In this document: one piece after another, positions 63,888 to 64,000 of the stretch | Layout: each line of letters starts with the position of its first letter | How positions within the stretch are numbered: position 1 is the first letter of the stretch | Source of the DNA: an uncultured Rhodobacterales bacterium | GTDB lineage: Bacteria; Pseudomonadota; Alphaproteobacteria; Rhodobacterales; Rhodobacteraceae | Reading direction: 5' to 3' | DNA length: 64,000 nt | NCBI GenBank assembly: GCA_964466745.1 | Contig: CAYXOX010000003.1 | Span: 6,193-70,192 of the forward strand | Notes under the pieces: generated by a model | The model's input: only the letters and a program-made list of their open reading frames with translations | Database searches by the model: none | Told to the model about the DNA's origin: nothing | Position numbers and translations under genes: made by a program

Positions 63888-64000
63888 TCAGCCGCGAACG
63901 GCGTCGAAGCGGGGCTGCCACTCCTCGGCCACGGCGGCGGGGTCCATGTCCGGGTTGGACATCACGAACTCGTTGAACCGCTCCATCACGTCCTCGGAGG
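63888..64000 (-). CDS. 3' end of a probable CUT1 solute-binding protein gene (5' part outside window)
   Basis: The reverse frame reads ...SEDVMERFNEFVMSNPDMDPAAVAEEWQPRFDAVRG-stop (TGA at 63888-63890). Its position upstream of two CUT1 permeases suggests the SBP. It is too short for a firm call. Confidence 0.45.
   Translation of the reverse strand, partial: SEDVMERFNEFVMSNPDMDPAAVAEEWQPRFDAVRG

Noticed and set aside
1-64000. Search for CRISPR arrays, tRNA/rRNA genes, IS elements, integrases, toxin-antitoxin pairs, restriction-modification or other known defence systems
   Set aside because: I saw no regularly spaced direct repeats, no T-loop or anticodon-stem-like tRNA structure in the larger spacers, and no transposase, recombinase, nuclease or methyltransferase-like translations. 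All sizeable ORFs are accounted for by metabolic, transport or regulatory families, or by the few unknowns listed.

Overview
This window is a very GC-rich, gene-dense bacterial segment with strong G/C bias at third codon positions (judged by eye, not computed). The protein families present (TRAP and sugar/peptide ABC transporters, Lrp/GntR/RpiR/LysR/MarR regulators, DabBA, ChrA) suggest a marine alphaproteobacterium of the Rhodobacteraceae type; this is inference only. I support 63 protein-coding genes, two of them cut by the window edges. Many are translationally coupled through ATGA/GTGA overlaps. I also call several hairpins and candidate operators. I recognised no rRNA, tRNA, CRISPR array, transposase, integrase, phage gene or known defence gene. 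All family calls come from reading the translations, with no searches run.

Modules in order:
- Ferredoxin fragment, SDR and TauE/SafE permease (1-1897).
- Dpp/Opp-type peptide ABC transporter, DHDPS-family lyase and SDR, with a convergent FAD D-amino-acid-dehydrogenase-like gene (2316-11018).
- Lrp, saccharopine-dehydrogenase-family enzyme and ALDH7-type aminoadipate-semialdehyde dehydrogenase, a lysine catabolism module (11158-14452).
- LysR plus DabB/DabA inorganic-carbon pump (14516-19465).
- Nitroreductase-like TAT protein with MarR (19590-21364).
- Six-gene periplasm-facing metal-uptake-like operon: MacB/FtsX-type ABC pump, DUF4198 protein and a His-loop ZnuA-like binding protein (21601-26074).
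- ChrA, an unknown protein and a ChrR-like FMN reductase (26209-28872).
- Orphan BKACE enzyme (29255-30109).
- Large GntR-controlled sugar / sugar-acid island with a CUT2 ABC transporter, a TRAP transporter, a mutarotase, an unknown CxxCxxC protein, an isomerase-like protein, two SDRs, a Gfo/Idh/MocA enzyme, an acetoacetate-decarboxylase-family protein and an enolase-superfamily enzyme (30233-47378).
- ExoD (47525-48172).
- MlrC/M81 peptidase behind a CUT1 ABC operon, with a divergent SDR, ATPase and RpiR (48218-55900).
- CUT1 ABC operon followed by a 3x53-aa repeat protein, amidohydrolase_2, TIM-barrel, Kelch and enol-lactonase-like genes (56048-64000).

The most interesting candidates are the hybrid metal-uptake operon, the ADC-containing sugar-acid island with its unknown CxxCxxC protein, and the small triple-repeat protein. 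Nothing here resembles a classical defence or mobile island.
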